A DNA stretch of 63,082 nt, the filler included, from Reticulomyxa filosa (Eukaryota; Protista; Foraminifera), in NCBI GenBank assembly GCA_000512085.1. It is 19 parts of 19 records of this genome, joined end to end, with 100 filler letters (N's around TTAATTAATTAA, not from the genome) between each part and the next. Parts side by side here need not be neighbours in the genome. Positions count along the whole stretch, not along the records: positions 27,080 to 30,541 come from ASPP01036886.1; positions 30,642 to 34,443 come from ASPP01014200.1; positions 34,544 to 37,374 come from ASPP01005070.1; positions 37,475 to 42,753 come from ASPP01020128.1; 15 more parts are not named here. One strand, given 5' to 3'. Of the stretch, positions 27,080 to 40,404 are shown in pieces; position 1 is the first letter of the stretch; every line of letters begins with the position of its first letter. The notes below the pieces were generated by a model. It made no database searches. It saw only the letters and a list, made by a program, of their open reading frames with translations, and had not been told where the DNA came from. The translations under genes and the position numbers were made by a program.

Positions 27080-28521
27080 ATGAAAATTTCACACAATTCA
27101 CAGAATCTGAATGTCCATCGAATGATTGAATTTGTTTGTTGTTATCAACATCCCATACACGAACTGTTTTATCAGATGATCCAGAACAAATCAATTGACA
27201 ATCATCAAGTGTTGAATAATCAATACTCCGCACCCAATTGGTATGTCCAGTGAATGTGTTGATTAATTTGGATGATGAACGAAACAAATCAAAATCGAAT
27301 TTGGATGGTGAATTTGACTCGTTTTGTAACAATTGATGAGTAGAATCATTTTCTTTTTTATCTTCGTCGATATGGTGAGTTTGATTATTTTTGAATTGTG
27401 TTTCTTTTTTTAATTGCCCAATTTCAGTAAGAATAGTGTCCTGATTGGTGTAATTTGTTATTTGTTTGCGTTATAAAATAGGAATAGCAAAAGAGAACGT
27501 ACCAGTTGTAGTTTTAATATTTGATTATCATTATTCATTTTTGAAATCTCTTCATTTTGTTTTTTTTCATTTATTTCTTTTTCTGATTTCAAATGTTTGA
27601 TTTCATCCTATGTTTGTTATTTATTTTAAATTGTCAATCCAAGAAATATTGCACATATTGACAATTTTTTTAAGAATAGAAAATATTTACATTGAGTTTC
27701 GTGCATGCATCACATGTACTTTGACATTGTTCAATTTGTTTTTTGAGTTGAGTAATATTCTGATTCATTTCCGATTTCACTTGTTGGATATCATTTGTCA
27801 ATTCAATTATTTGTGCATCTTTTTTCACAGATTCACGTTGTAAATCATCAATTTTTTCCTATTTATGTTTCAACAATTCAAGCATTAATGAATGGAAATC
27901 AAATAAATATTGAAATAAAACTTTATACATATTTGTGTTATATTTTTCCTTTATTTATAAATTGCAAATATTATAAAAATACAACAAAACTGTTTTCAGT
28001 TTTTCAATTTGCAATTGCAATTGCAACTCTTTAATCAATAAAATAATATGTTGAATTGAAATTAATTGACATTGTTTATCCAAATGATCTTTCATTTCCT
28101 TTATTTTTCCTTTATAATTGCATTGATTTTCTTGTTCTTCTTTTTCTCCTGATGTTATTCCCTCTTTTGGTTGTTTTTTTTTCATATCATATTGTCGAGG
28201 ACAGATTACCAATAAATCTGAAACTTGTTGTCTTGAAGATTTACTCTTCACAAATTCGCAATGATCGTGTTGTTCAATTGGACATTTTCCATCATTTTCT
28301 TTCAAATATCTTTGCAGACATTCCTCTCCAAATAAATACACTTGTTCTGCATTTTCATGTTCATCGCAATGCAATTCCACTGCGTTATTCGCAATTTGTT
28401 TGCAAATATAGCAGACTAACGGGTTTACTTTCTCTGGTTTGTTAGTCAACAAAGCCCAGTCTTTGTTATAACAACCAGAACTGGAAAATGTTTCTTCTTC
28501 ATCTCTTTCCAAGTCCAACAT
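27080..28521 (-). CDS. RING-like/TRAF-type zinc finger + coiled coil + WD40 protein (3' truncated)
   Basis: CYICKQIANNAVELHCDEH...GEECLQRYLKENDGKCPI (RING-like), VICPRQ...CNYKGKIKEMKDHLDKQC (TRAF/SIAH-type zinc finger), coiled-coil exons, then GHTNWVRSIDY...SGSSDKTVRVWD. Confidence 0.8.
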
Positions 28522-28899
28522 AATCCTTTTAGTTATTATGATAGAGTTTTTTTTTTTCTCCAAAAAAAAGTTTTGTTTAAAAAAAAGGGAGAACTTGAAA
28601 CTCTACTTACTTTATGAAGTGATTGTTTTTTTAAAAAATGTGATAATTTCAATGAAAAACAATGGAAAATTGAAAATAAAACTAAATAATCATTTCAAAA
28701 GAACAAGGATTGTACCTTATAGAATTATTGATATAAGTATTGCAGTTGCGACAAAGAGATACATTATTTAAGTTTATTATTATTAATTACATTTTTATTG
28801 CCATTGTTTCTTGCATTCTTTTTCCCAAGATATTTTGTGGATAAGAAGTAATTGACATCAAGTGTTTTTAAAATGTTGAAAGAATATGGAATTTGTGTA

Positions 28900-29100
28900 A
28901 CAAATTTAATCATTCCAAGAACATGAATGGACATCTGAATAAAACAGGTCAATTGTATTTTATGGAATTCAAAAGTATTGTTGTTTTCATCATACTTAAT
29001 TGATAAGTCTATATTTTCATGGAACTCCATCATCTCATTGATGTATCCTTTGATACAAAGCAATGAAAGTATACCCAACCATTAATAGATAATGTACCGT
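28900..29100 (-). pseudogene. Kelch-type propeller family relic
   Basis: LSIKYDENNNTFEFHKI resembles a motif I recall from an expanded foraminiferan Kelch-like family; the surrounding frame is broken. Confidence 0.4.
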
Positions 29101-29931
29101 GTTTCAAAAAAACATATTGGAAAGAGTTTAAAAAATTTTTATGTATTAAATCTATAAATAAAACTTTGCAATATACCTTGAAATACAAATAAATCCAAAA
29201 TTAGTTTCTTTTACATATTTTGGCTGACAAAGAAAAGTAGGAAACATTTTCTTTACTGAATTACATTTTAAAGGAAAAACGTTTCGAGATGCTGGTGATT
29301 ATCAAAAGTATAATAGAAAATTATCTATTTTATTTATTTTATTGTTTACCAAATTGCGACAAAATCATTACTAGTTTTTTTCTTGAACATTATGGACTAA
29401 TTGCATATTTGCAAAAAAAAAAAGTAATTTTGAAGAGAACTCTTTGCCATGAAAAAATTAAAAATCAATGAAAAAACATTGGGCAAAAAATGACTCTAAA
29501 TTCAATGATTTAGTCTGGAAATTAATAGTAAACTATTGATAGGGATTGCATTCTTGTGCATTCAAATTACCCATTTCCTAAATTTTGAGTAAAGAAGAAG
29601 AAATTAGAAATTATTTCAGTTCTCATTTTCTTTCATCAACTATACTCATATTCTCTTCATATAGTTTAGATGTTTGTAAATTGTTTGCAACGACAAAAAA
29701 AAGAACTCTTCCTACAGAAAAAAAATACATTGGTGTGTATGAATGTTAATACTCTACAAAATAAAACACATATTTCACACAAAGTTTATATTTATTTAAA
29801 TAAAAGAATTTTTATTGACCCTTCGTGATCCTAAAAAAAAGTTGAAAAGCATCTTTTTCATCATCTTTTCGTCTCAAAGATCATCTCAAAGATCATCTCA
29901 AAGAAGAAAAAAGAGAGATTTTAGCTTAGTA

Positions 29932-30541
29932 ATGAAAGTTTCGTTTAAGTTCTTTAGGTTTTTGTTATTATTGTTTTTCTCATTTTTGCTTTATGATTGA
30001 AACAGTCAAAAGAAGAAGAGATCCAAATCATTATTCATCATTGGATTCGAACATTCAACATTAAATTAGGATGGATCAAAGATTTTGATAAATTTGTTGT
30101 CAATTATGTTAGTTCATTTATTCTTTCTTTTCTTAAATGCCAATCAAAACATTACAATATTATTTAACATAGGTGTCTACTGTCTTCATGTTTGAAACAT
30201 TTTGTTCATCATCCAAATTAATCAACACATTCACTGGACATACAGACATTATATGTAGTATTGATTATTCAACATTTGATGATTGTCAATTGATTTGTTC
30301 TGGATCATCTGATAAAACAGTTCGTGTATGGGATGTTGATAACAACAAACAAATTCAATCATTTGATGGACATTCATATGGTGTGTGTTGTGTGAAATTT
30401 TCATCATATCATTATCATAATAATCGTCAACATGTCATTTGTTCTTCATCAGATGACAAAATCATTCGTTTTTGGGATTTCAAACATAATCAACAATTAC
30501 AAATATTCAATGGACACAATGATAGTGTTTGTGGCATTGAG
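29932..30541 (+). CDS. WD40-repeat protein (short helical N-terminus type), 3' truncated
   Basis: Exon SKEEEIQIIIHHWIRTFNIKLGWIKDFDKFVVNY, an intron, then three GH...WD repeats; 184/201 nt identical to 27080-27280. Confidence 0.88.
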
Positions 30542-30666
30542 NNNNNNNNNNNNNNNNNNNNNNNNNNNNNNNNNNNNNNNNNNNNTTAATTAATTAANNN
30601 NNNNNNNNNNNNNNNNNNNNNNNNNNNNNNNNNNNNNNNNNTTTTTTTTTTTTTTTTGAAAATAGT

Positions 30667-33600
30667 CAATTGTGGATACATTTTCATTTTCAATGACAAC
30701 GCACACCTGCGTGGACGATACTCCAGACCTTCCGAAATTGTTTTTAACCGGCAAACTGCCGAAGATGCACTTGAACATGTCAACGTCGCTGTTTCATACG
30801 CTATTTGAGGTGTTGGAGGGCATAAGAGATATCCCCTTTGACGACACCGTGGAGCTGCAAGAGCCTCTGCTGCCGCCAAAGGAAGAAATGGAAGAATTGC
30901 ACCAGTTGGCCGGACATCGGAGATCGACAATGCTCGACCTGCAAGGGATCACAATGGGATCAGGTTTTACTGCGCGGGCAAAATCACCACCATTACAAGA
31001 AGACAATAGTAATAAAGACGACAATTACATTAATGAAAATGATGACAATAACGATGAGACGATCACAAAGAAAAGAGGTGTTCATCAAAGCCAAATGAGT
31101 GAGGTAATGTTGGCTGATCTAATGAACGTGAATGAACTGGATCAAAATCAAAAAATGGAAGTGGAAATCCAAAAGAAGACAACTCCATATTCTCATTTTG
31201 TGTGTCAGTTTGATATGGAGTCGTTTTGCTTGCAGCTCGTGGATGACCATATTGACCGTGATTCGTGCAATTATTACAAGCAGCCCATTGTAATGTTTCG
31301 ATCGGAGAACTTGTGGATCAAGTTTATTTTACTTATTTTTATTTTTTCCTCCCTCTTTCTTTCTTTTGTTTTGTACACACTCAATCATTGACTCAAAGAC
31401 AAGAGTGGCATTCTTATACTTTATAGCCTGGATCGCACAAAGGAACGATTTGAAGGACACTTTCGACTCAAATCTTTGTTTGTGGAAGACCTGTTCCACC
31501 AAAGTGGTGCCGGCTTCAATTACCTGGTTACGTCGGAAGTGCAAGAAATATTCCCCATGATGGAATTGAGCGAACAAAGTGAGGACCTCATCTTCATTTA
31601 CGCGCTGTCGCGACCACACATTGACAACGTCACCGTGGCATGCAAATTCAATGCGCTGCACGTTGGCTGGAATCCCAACTCTGTGTTTGCCATTGTCAAG
31701 TTCGTCGACCGCATCGTGCTGATGAAAGACCAAATGCTCAAGCCTTCGACCATCCAAACGGATGCGTCGCAAGCCAATGTGCCGAACACTGGAATAGGAA
31801 CTGAGGTACTTTTTGCGACAAATGCGAATGAACACATCACAAAATTGGACCCATCGCTTTGCTTGCATTGTCGTCGTCGTCGTCGTCGTCACCGTTGTTG
31901 TTGTCGTCGTCGTCGGCGGCGCAATTGCAGGCATCGCTATCCCCAACCATTATGGACGTTGACATGAAGATGAAGTTTTTGGCAATCACGCTGAACACCA
32001 ACGACGCTCCGGTCATCCTGCAGCGCACTTCCGAAAAGCTGAGCGAGCAAACGAGCGACGATATTCAGAAGCAAGTAAAGACAGAGCCCGAAAAAAAAGT
32101 GTGGAACGCGCCGAAACAGTATCGCTCCATCGCGCGCATTATCAACTCCAATGCACACGTGGAGTTTCATAATTATCGAAAAGGATTGATACATATCATT
32201 GGCGAATTGGGAAATTTAAACTTGAAAGATTTGAGAAAAACAGAGACAATGTTAAGTTTTTTTTTTTTTTTTTTACATCATTAATTATAATTATAACAAT
32301 AAATAAATATATACATATATATAATTTTTTTTTTTTTTTAAAAAAAAAAGGTATGAAGACATTTTGTCATTAAAAGTGAAAAATGATCCCCAAATTGGCA
32401 AATTCGATTACAAATTGTTTGACCCTGCCAAGTTGCCAGCAGAAGAGTATCCCGGCTTTGCGTCGAAACTCGAATTTTCCATGAATTCCATTAAATTTGT
32501 ATATTTGCAAACGTTTTTGACGGAAATGCTATACTATGTGAATACATCTATTACAAACGTCCTCTTTCCTCCCAAGCCATCCACATCCACAACACCAGTG
32601 CCATCCACACAAAGCTTAAACTCGCAGGCCAGCTTGCTAACGTGTTCGCTGCACGAGCGATACAAGAACATTCGAAAGGAGCAAATGATGTTCCACATTC
32701 AAACCAGCAATCCTTTGGTAATTATTCCCAGACACTCCATGACTCCGGAATATATCAAACTAGACTTTGGAGTGGCCCTTGTTTCCAACGAGTGTGTGAT
32801 CCATTCCAACCAGCAAGACATTGTGGATATTTTGACTGTTTCCACCACGAAGGCGTCTTTCGGAAGCAACACGCATTTCATCGCAAACGACATTGGCATC
32901 GCCATGAAGTACGCACGCAAATTGAACCCGCAATGTTCCGAGCCCGACTACGAAATGGACATTGACATTCCCTTCTTAAATGGTCTGTTCCGACACGAGC
33001 ATTATGTGCTAATCTTGAATACCATCGCAGACAATTTCGGCGCGCAGTACACATTGCCCGTCGATCCTTTGCAAGCCAACATTGTGGACGAAAGTGTCTT
33101 AGCGATCGTCCATCTGAAGTCCCAGCCCATCAATGACAATGTCGACAGCAAAGATAACAACAATAACAATGGCAATGATAATGACAACAACGTCGAGGAG
33201 ACAAAGAATGCAAATGAACACGTGGTTACTCCTCCGACAGAAGGAACGAAAAAGCCTCCTGATACCATGTTATTCCGTCTGCGTGCACAAACGGTATCAC
33301 TATGGTTAGGACATGATTTGATCAATGGAAGAGCGTCGTCAAAGAAATTGGTCAAGTTGGACGTTACCGACTTTGTCATCGCCAATGTCAACTTCCGTTC
33401 TCTCGAAAGCCTTTTCACCGTGAAATTTGGTTCTGTCGCCATCACTGATGAAAGAAAGTTGTCCGGCCAACAATTTGACAAGGTTACAAACTTTAACAAT
33501 TTTTTTTTTTAAATTCTTTGTCTTACAACATTCATTCATACATATATGCATATATGTATATGCATATATGTATATGTATATGTATAAAAGATCTTGTGTC

Positions 33601-34395
33601 GATATCAAGACTTATTTTTAAATGATACCCCCAATGACGCTGCAACGAAAACAACAAATAAAACGCCATCGATGGAAATGACTTGGAAAACGATTTTGAA
33701 ACCGACTGAAAAAGGTCGTCGCCAAGAAATGGTGATCAACATGAATGATCCCTGTTCGTTTGCCATAGGCTCCGTCTTCCGACACGTGTACGACTGGTTC
33801 GTGACAACAGCAAATCCCTTTGCGGACGAATACAAAGTGGCGCCGGCCAATCCGAACCCGCCTTCGAAAGACATGAAAGACTCGGACAATGACAACAACA
33901 ATAAGTCCAGGAAGAGAGGAGAGTTGGACGAACAAACGATTGAGGAAGAAGAAGAGGAAGATCAAATGGATGAACTGGATGAGTCTGAAGAAGAAGCCAA
34001 AGCCAACATCAACTCTTCTTCATCCAATGGCAATGTGGTCATCGTATCTACATTTGATCGGGACGAATTCAATGTCACGGTGAACTTGGACAATGCCAGA
34101 ATTGTGTTGCTGCGAGACCTGGCCAAGCGCGACTGCGACGCCGTCGTCACACATGGCAACATCCAATACATTTACGACTGGGTGCTCACGCCGGACGTCG
34201 TGCTCAGTTCGCAGCACGTGTCATTGATCGACTTCCGTCTGCATTTCGCAAAGGCCAATCACGTGGCCTCTGCAGGGCATGTGGAGCTTATTCATCCCTC
34301 CAAATTTCATTACCATTCCTTGCTCACACAGAATCGAGTCAACGAAGACGAAATTTACAAACAGAGTTTGTCATTGGATAGTATTGTCATCAAAG
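30667..34395 (+). CDS. VPS13: VPS13-family bridge-like lipid transfer protein, internal part
   Basis: PDLPKLFLTGKLPKMHLNMS, MNSIKFVYLQTFLTEMLYY, NPLVIIPRHS..EYIKLDFG and NVTVNLDNARIVLL are typical VPS13 repeat motifs. Introns 32251-32350 and 33483-33590 restore the frame. Confidence 0.78.
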
Positions 34396-34403
34396 GTGTG
34401 CAC

Positions 34404-34443
<40 letters not shown>

Positions 34444-34800
34444 NNNNNNNNNNNNNNNNNNNNNNNNNNNNNNNNNNNNNNNNNNNNTTAATTAATTAAN
34501 NNNNNNNNNNNNNNNNNNNNNNNNNNNNNNNNNNNNNNNNNNNTACATTCAATTTTTTTAGCTGGCTTTTATAGTATGCCTTTTTTTTTTGTAACAAATT
34601 TTATTATTAAATCTATATCAAACTGTAAAGAAAAAATAATCTATTTAACAAATGTTTAAACTTGTGTTTAAAAGAAGCTTTTATGCGTGATGCAAGGATA
34701 TGCTGTCAGTTTTTTCCCAGTTTTCTTTGTATGCCATTTGTAGTTTAACACTTATCAGTTACCAACCCTGACCACTGCGGATTTTATCACTCAAAATAGA

Positions 34801-34890
34801 TTTTCTTCATGAAAAAAACATACAGACCTAATTTTTAAAAATATCTACGAATCGTATAGTTTTTAAATATGATTTTGACTTTAGCTTTTT
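34801..34890 (+). repeat. Dispersed non-coding repeat, copy 1
   Basis: CATGAAAA..AGACCTAATTTT..AAAAATATCTAC..TAGTTTTTAAATATGAT blocks recur in the same order at 57524-57625 on another contig. Confidence 0.65.
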
Positions 34891-37800
34891 GTTACATCTT
34901 TCATAATTTTTGAAAAAGTTGAATATTTTATTGATTTTTGAAAATTAATAATCGTGTCTGTATCATAACCATGAGTTTGCCAACTTTTTTTTAAGTATTT
35001 TCAAAAATTTTCTGTCGTAAATATTAATTTTTTTAAAAAATAACAAGTTTTCGCAATGTAAACGAATAAAAAATTTGTTGAAAAAATGCATTAAAATAAA
35101 AATTATTAATAGAGTTAAAAAAACAAAAATAAATGACGGCAAAGTAATTTTTATGTTAAGAATGTTATAGCAAATCAAAGTTTTTTAAATTTGATTTAAT
35201 TTTTTTTGACTTTTTTTTTTTGGCCATTGCGTGTCAATTTTTCGGCTTGTAATTTAAAAATTACTTTTTTTTTGCATAATCTATCTTTGCTCAATCGCTA
35301 CTGCTAGAATAAACGAGATAAACATTGCTTAAAAATAAATCAAGCGAGAATTTTCAAAAATTTTTTCTTTCTAAAATAAATATCATTTTGGTCATTGTAA
35401 CAATTTTAGAGAATAAAAAAGAACTTAAACAATAAATTTAATAAGTTGTAAATGCAAAAAAAAACAACTAATAATATGCACAAAGCCGGTCAAACAAAAA
35501 CGGCAAAAATTTCAAAAAAACTTAAAATTTAAGCAATTCTTTATAAAAACGAACTATCAATTACAATTTTTAGTGCGAATGTCCCAGGTTTAGTAGAGCA
35601 CGTGAAAGACCTGGCAAGAGAAACAAAATATGAAGAGAAGGAAGTTTTTAAAAACAAAAAACGAAATGACCACAAATAAAACAAGTACAATACCCGAGAC
35701 GAATCCTACGATACTTAGACAAAATATAAAGATACTATCGCTACCAAAGACTCGCCAGCATGGAGATATGTATTGAAAACATTTCGATATTACATCTTTG
35801 AAAAACGATTAGGAACGATTTACAAAACGACGGAAAAAAATGGCATTACTAACTAATATCGAAAATAAGATATGAAGGCAAAGCCAACAATTGATTAAAT
35901 CCTGATGTATAGACATACGTCGGATCAGGATTGGCATTATTTTGTATGAACTGGGTAAAAAAATTACACTTTATGATAAACAATTTTTTCAGTTTTTATC
36001 ATAAAACATAATTGGAAAAATGTATTATATAATTGACTTGAAGAAAAGCTGACATCAGGTTTATTTGAGATCACAAAAGATGATAATAGTTATGTTTACG
36101 TTGTGAACTAGCAATGCAGTAATAATACTAACTTATGGAAGTCTAGTGACAGTGGCTGCCATGTGTTGTGTTCAATATTCTGCTATCACTAAAAAAAATT
36201 TTAATAAAGCATTTGCCTTCACTGTCACTTTTTGTAAACATTAACACTCGTACTTTACAATTGTAAAAACAAACAATATTATAAGTAGCTTAGCTTTATA
36301 AAATCCACAAAACAACATCAAACAAACGCCGCGATGATATAACAAAAATTTTTAAAAAAATAGAAAGCTAGAACTGAAAGCTTTTCTTAGTGTTTCATGG
36401 CATTGAGTGAAGTCGATAGAAATAATTTCACTTAAATTCATTTGAATAACATGATATTTGACAATAACTGGTACGTCCTTAAACCTTTCAAAAAAAAAAA
36501 ACATTCTAATCAGTTGACCGGTGGACATTTTGAAAGAAAGGGGAGACAAACACCAAAATCATATATATGGACATGTCCGGCACGTCAATACCAAAATGGA
36601 TAGTGATAGCAGTCAGGAAGCAAACAGATGAAAGCAATAAAAAAGGCAGTTAAGTCCAGGAAAAAAGTACTAGTAGTCAAAAGTCAAGAATATGATATTA
36701 AACACCAAAGAAACTATATTTAAGGCTAAATTTGAAAAAAGAAATTTCTATTCTGGAGAAGCGCATTTTACAGAATCAATCAGAGTGGTCGCCACACGAG
36801 GAAAAAAAATCTTAAACATTTTCATGTTTTTCAGTGGCAATAGTTTTGTTTAAATTATTAGTGATGAAAATTTAGAGATGTTGAATTTGATATAGTAATT
36901 TGATGAATATTTATAAATCGCAAATTTGACATCACTATATGCGGTTGCCTCGAGGAATCTAGAAGTGATCACAAAGTGATCCTTTGATTCACTATTAGCT
37001 CCACAGAGAGGCAAGAGCCTTCAACTGTGTGATGATCACGAAAAGCTTGAAGGATAACTTCAAGTCTTCTTACAATGAGTCAAATGTACATTTTTTTATT
37101 TTCATACAAACAAATTTAATTAAAATTACTGCTACAAAGTTGAAGCTAGGATGTTGTTTGTTGGTTACTTTTTGTAATATATTATATTATTTGGTGCTGT
37201 ATTCAAGTGTGAAGTACTTGTCTTACAATATTTTCAAAGTTTGAATTCAACTTATAACATTCTATATGCAAAAAAATCTTTCAATATCGACAACAAGCAT
37301 TTCAAATTTGATTAAAAAAAAATAGCTCCATTCATAATCATTTTCAACTTACTGCAAAAGCTGTTTTTTTGAAANNNNNNNNNNNNNNNNNNNNNNNNNN
37401 NNNNNNNNNNNNNNNNNNTTAATTAATTAANNNNNNNNNNNNNNNNNNNNNNNNNNNNNNNNNNNNNNNNNNNNTTTATTTATTTTAATGGTTGTGCAAC
37501 ATAAAACAATAGAAACATGACAATGTGCGTGTTATTGTGAGCGAGGTCAAAGATAAACTTTCCATGAGATAATGTTTTTTTGTTTATTTTTTTAAACAAT
37601 ATTTAACTTGAAACTATATAAAGTCTTCAGTGACATTCCACCCTTGGCAATTCAAAAAGCATTACATATTTGTCTGACTTTAAAATTAATGTGCTAAACA
37701 TCAATAACCAAAGTGATAATTACAACGTTATTTTCTACTATTTTTATAATTTGTAAAAAAAGGCAATTTTTATTAATTTTGCTATTTGTCAAAGGAAAAA

Positions 37801-38099
37801 AAAAAATAGTATTTTACTTTAAGAAATTAAAAGGAAAAGTTTTGTTGAGTGAATCTCTTTTAATGAAATCCTGGATGACTTGCTCTTATTTATATGATAT
37901 CAACATGTTGAACTTGTGGCAAAAGCTACCAGAAGCTTATAGTAAGCATTGAGTGCCTTTACTTTCGCGTTCATTTCGGCTGCTGTGAGTTTCAAATCTT
38001 CTTTTTGTATAAAATAGTTGTCTTTTTTTTTTAGTTCAAAAAAAGGATTATGTTATATACTTTATTGAACATTGAAGTTTCCCTTGACTGGAATTATGA

Positions 38100-39309
38100 A
38101 ATCAAATGATAAAACTATTACAAGTATTTTACAACATTTGCTTAAAATCTTGGACATAAATATTGGATGGATCTATGACTTTGACAAACTTGTTGTCAAT
38201 TCTTTTGTTCTTTCTTTTTTTTGAAATAATAACCAAAATATTCAAATATTTATTTAACACAGTTAGATCATATCTTCGAGTTTGAAACATTTTGCTCATC
38301 ATCCAAATTAATCAATACATTAACTGAACATTCCAGTGCGGTGTAAAGCATTGATTATGCAACATTTGATGATTGTCATATTATGTGTTCTGGATCACAT
38401 GACAGAACAGTTTGTTGATAACTACAAAAAAATTCAATCATTTAATGGACATTCATCTGGTGTGTACTGTGTAAAATTTTCATCATATCATTATAACATT
38501 TTTCATCAAAATGTTATTTGTTCTTCATCAGATGACCAAACTATTCGTTTTTGGGATTTCAAAAATAGTACGCAATTACAAGTGTTCAATGAACACTGAT
38601 CGTGTTTGTGCAATGTAAATTTCATCATTTAGTGGTGGTAGATATTTATGTTCTGGATCATTCGACAAAACAATTCGTTTATGGGATATTGACACATATA
38701 AATCATTGTACGTTATAAATGACCATAAAGATTATGTGTCATGTGTTGATATTTCACAAGTAAAAGCTATTATAATCAAAGTAATAACATTTGTGTGATT
38801 GGTGGAAATAGATATACAATTTGTTCTGGGTCATATGATAAAACCATTAAAATATATGATATTTAAAAGGGTGAAATATGAATTTAAGTTTATAAATAGA
38901 AATAGTAACTATTGTAAAATAAGTAAAAAATGAATTAAAAAATATAATATTAGCTAGATCTAAAAATAGTAGTCTTTGTTTGTTGGATACTAGATCTGGA
39001 GAATTAAGACAAGAATTTTATGGACATGAGTAGCTGATACCTTGTATTGAACAGCCACAATTGATAATAGTCAATAATATTTCTTGTTCAAATGTAATAT
39101 TTTCTGGATCAATTGACAATACAATTAGATTCTGGGATATTCGATCGAATAAAGGACAATTATATATATTTAAATGTGATGAAAAAAATTATGTAATATA
39201 TTATCTTAAATTTATTAAATCAAAAAAGCAAGATAAGACGAAGAATATTAAATATGATTTGAATTTATGTTGTTGTTCTTTCAATGGTCATATTAATATT
39301 TATGGATGA
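38100..39309 (+). pseudogene. WD40-repeat family pseudogene
   Basis: Full-length paralogue of the 29932 gene with in-frame stops (for example TAA near 38345), deletions and frameshifts. Confidence 0.85.
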
Positions 39310-40404
39310 TTTATAAGAAGTGAAAGTTATTTTGTTTTGTATTTTTTTGTAAATGATAGTATTTGTTTGGTCATTGCTCGAATGTATTGCTTTTCATTCA
39401 ATGCAGACAATTGGCCAAAGGGCCAAACATATTTTTTCATTGTATCACACAAAAAGACAACACAATACACCAATTTTCTTGATTGGTCAATCAAATTCAT
39501 TACATCACTGTTTTATATTTGGTCCTTGATAAAAAAAATTATTAAAAAAATATCTGGAAACTTTAAGACAATGCTACATATATACATACAATTATGTGAT
39601 GAAAAGAAAGCTTTGTGAAACATCCAATTCTTATCTAATATCTTTTGCAAAAATAAATAAACAATAAAAGTAATTTTTGCATCAAAAAGCAAATAAAAAA
39701 GAAGCAGAAAAAACAATTATCAGAAAAGGCTTCAAATTTTCTTTCTTTGGGAGGTGTGTAAATAGCTTACATGAAATAAGTTTTACTTGTCAATTTGTGT
39801 AAACGTAGCATTTTCAAAGCACAAATTTCATTGAAAGGAAGGACGTACAGTAATGTGACGTAACTTGCAAAGGTTTCAAAAAAGCTTGTTTTTTTTAACT
39901 AAAATTGAAAACCAAAAAAGGATTTGTGATGTTCCCTGCATACAATAGGGAAATCAAAAAAAAGGAAAGAGGTAAAACTAATTTTCTTAATAAATTAGAT
40001 TTTATTTACTAAAAAAAAAGAAAGAAAATTATTGGCCAAAAGGGAACACGGGAGAATTTTTGGTGAAAAAACGAGAAAGTAAGAAGACGCTACATCAAAC
40101 GCGTTTTCAAAAATTGGGAAAAGAATGGAATAATTCTATGGCAATTTTGCAGTATGTTTACTGTCTACCTTTTTTCTTCGCTATATTGTCGTCGTTCGGC
40201 ACAAAAAAAAAAAAAAACAGATCAAAAAATAAGCTGTCAATTCTCGATCCTATACATAGAGGGAACAACCAAGCATCGTCAAACATACTAAAACCACTTA
40301 CAATGGGTAAGAGAAACATATTCTCTCAAATAAGAGGAAGGAAAAAACAGAAGAAATTAATAAACGAAAGAACACACGACTCTTTTTTTTTTTGTGCTTT
40401 AACA

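Noticed and set aside
30240-30392. Diversity-generating retroelement behind the WD40 variable codons
   Set aside because: Many variable codons are NNY, but TGG, CGG and GCG variants break the adenine-only rule, and no template repeat or DGR reverse transcriptase is present.
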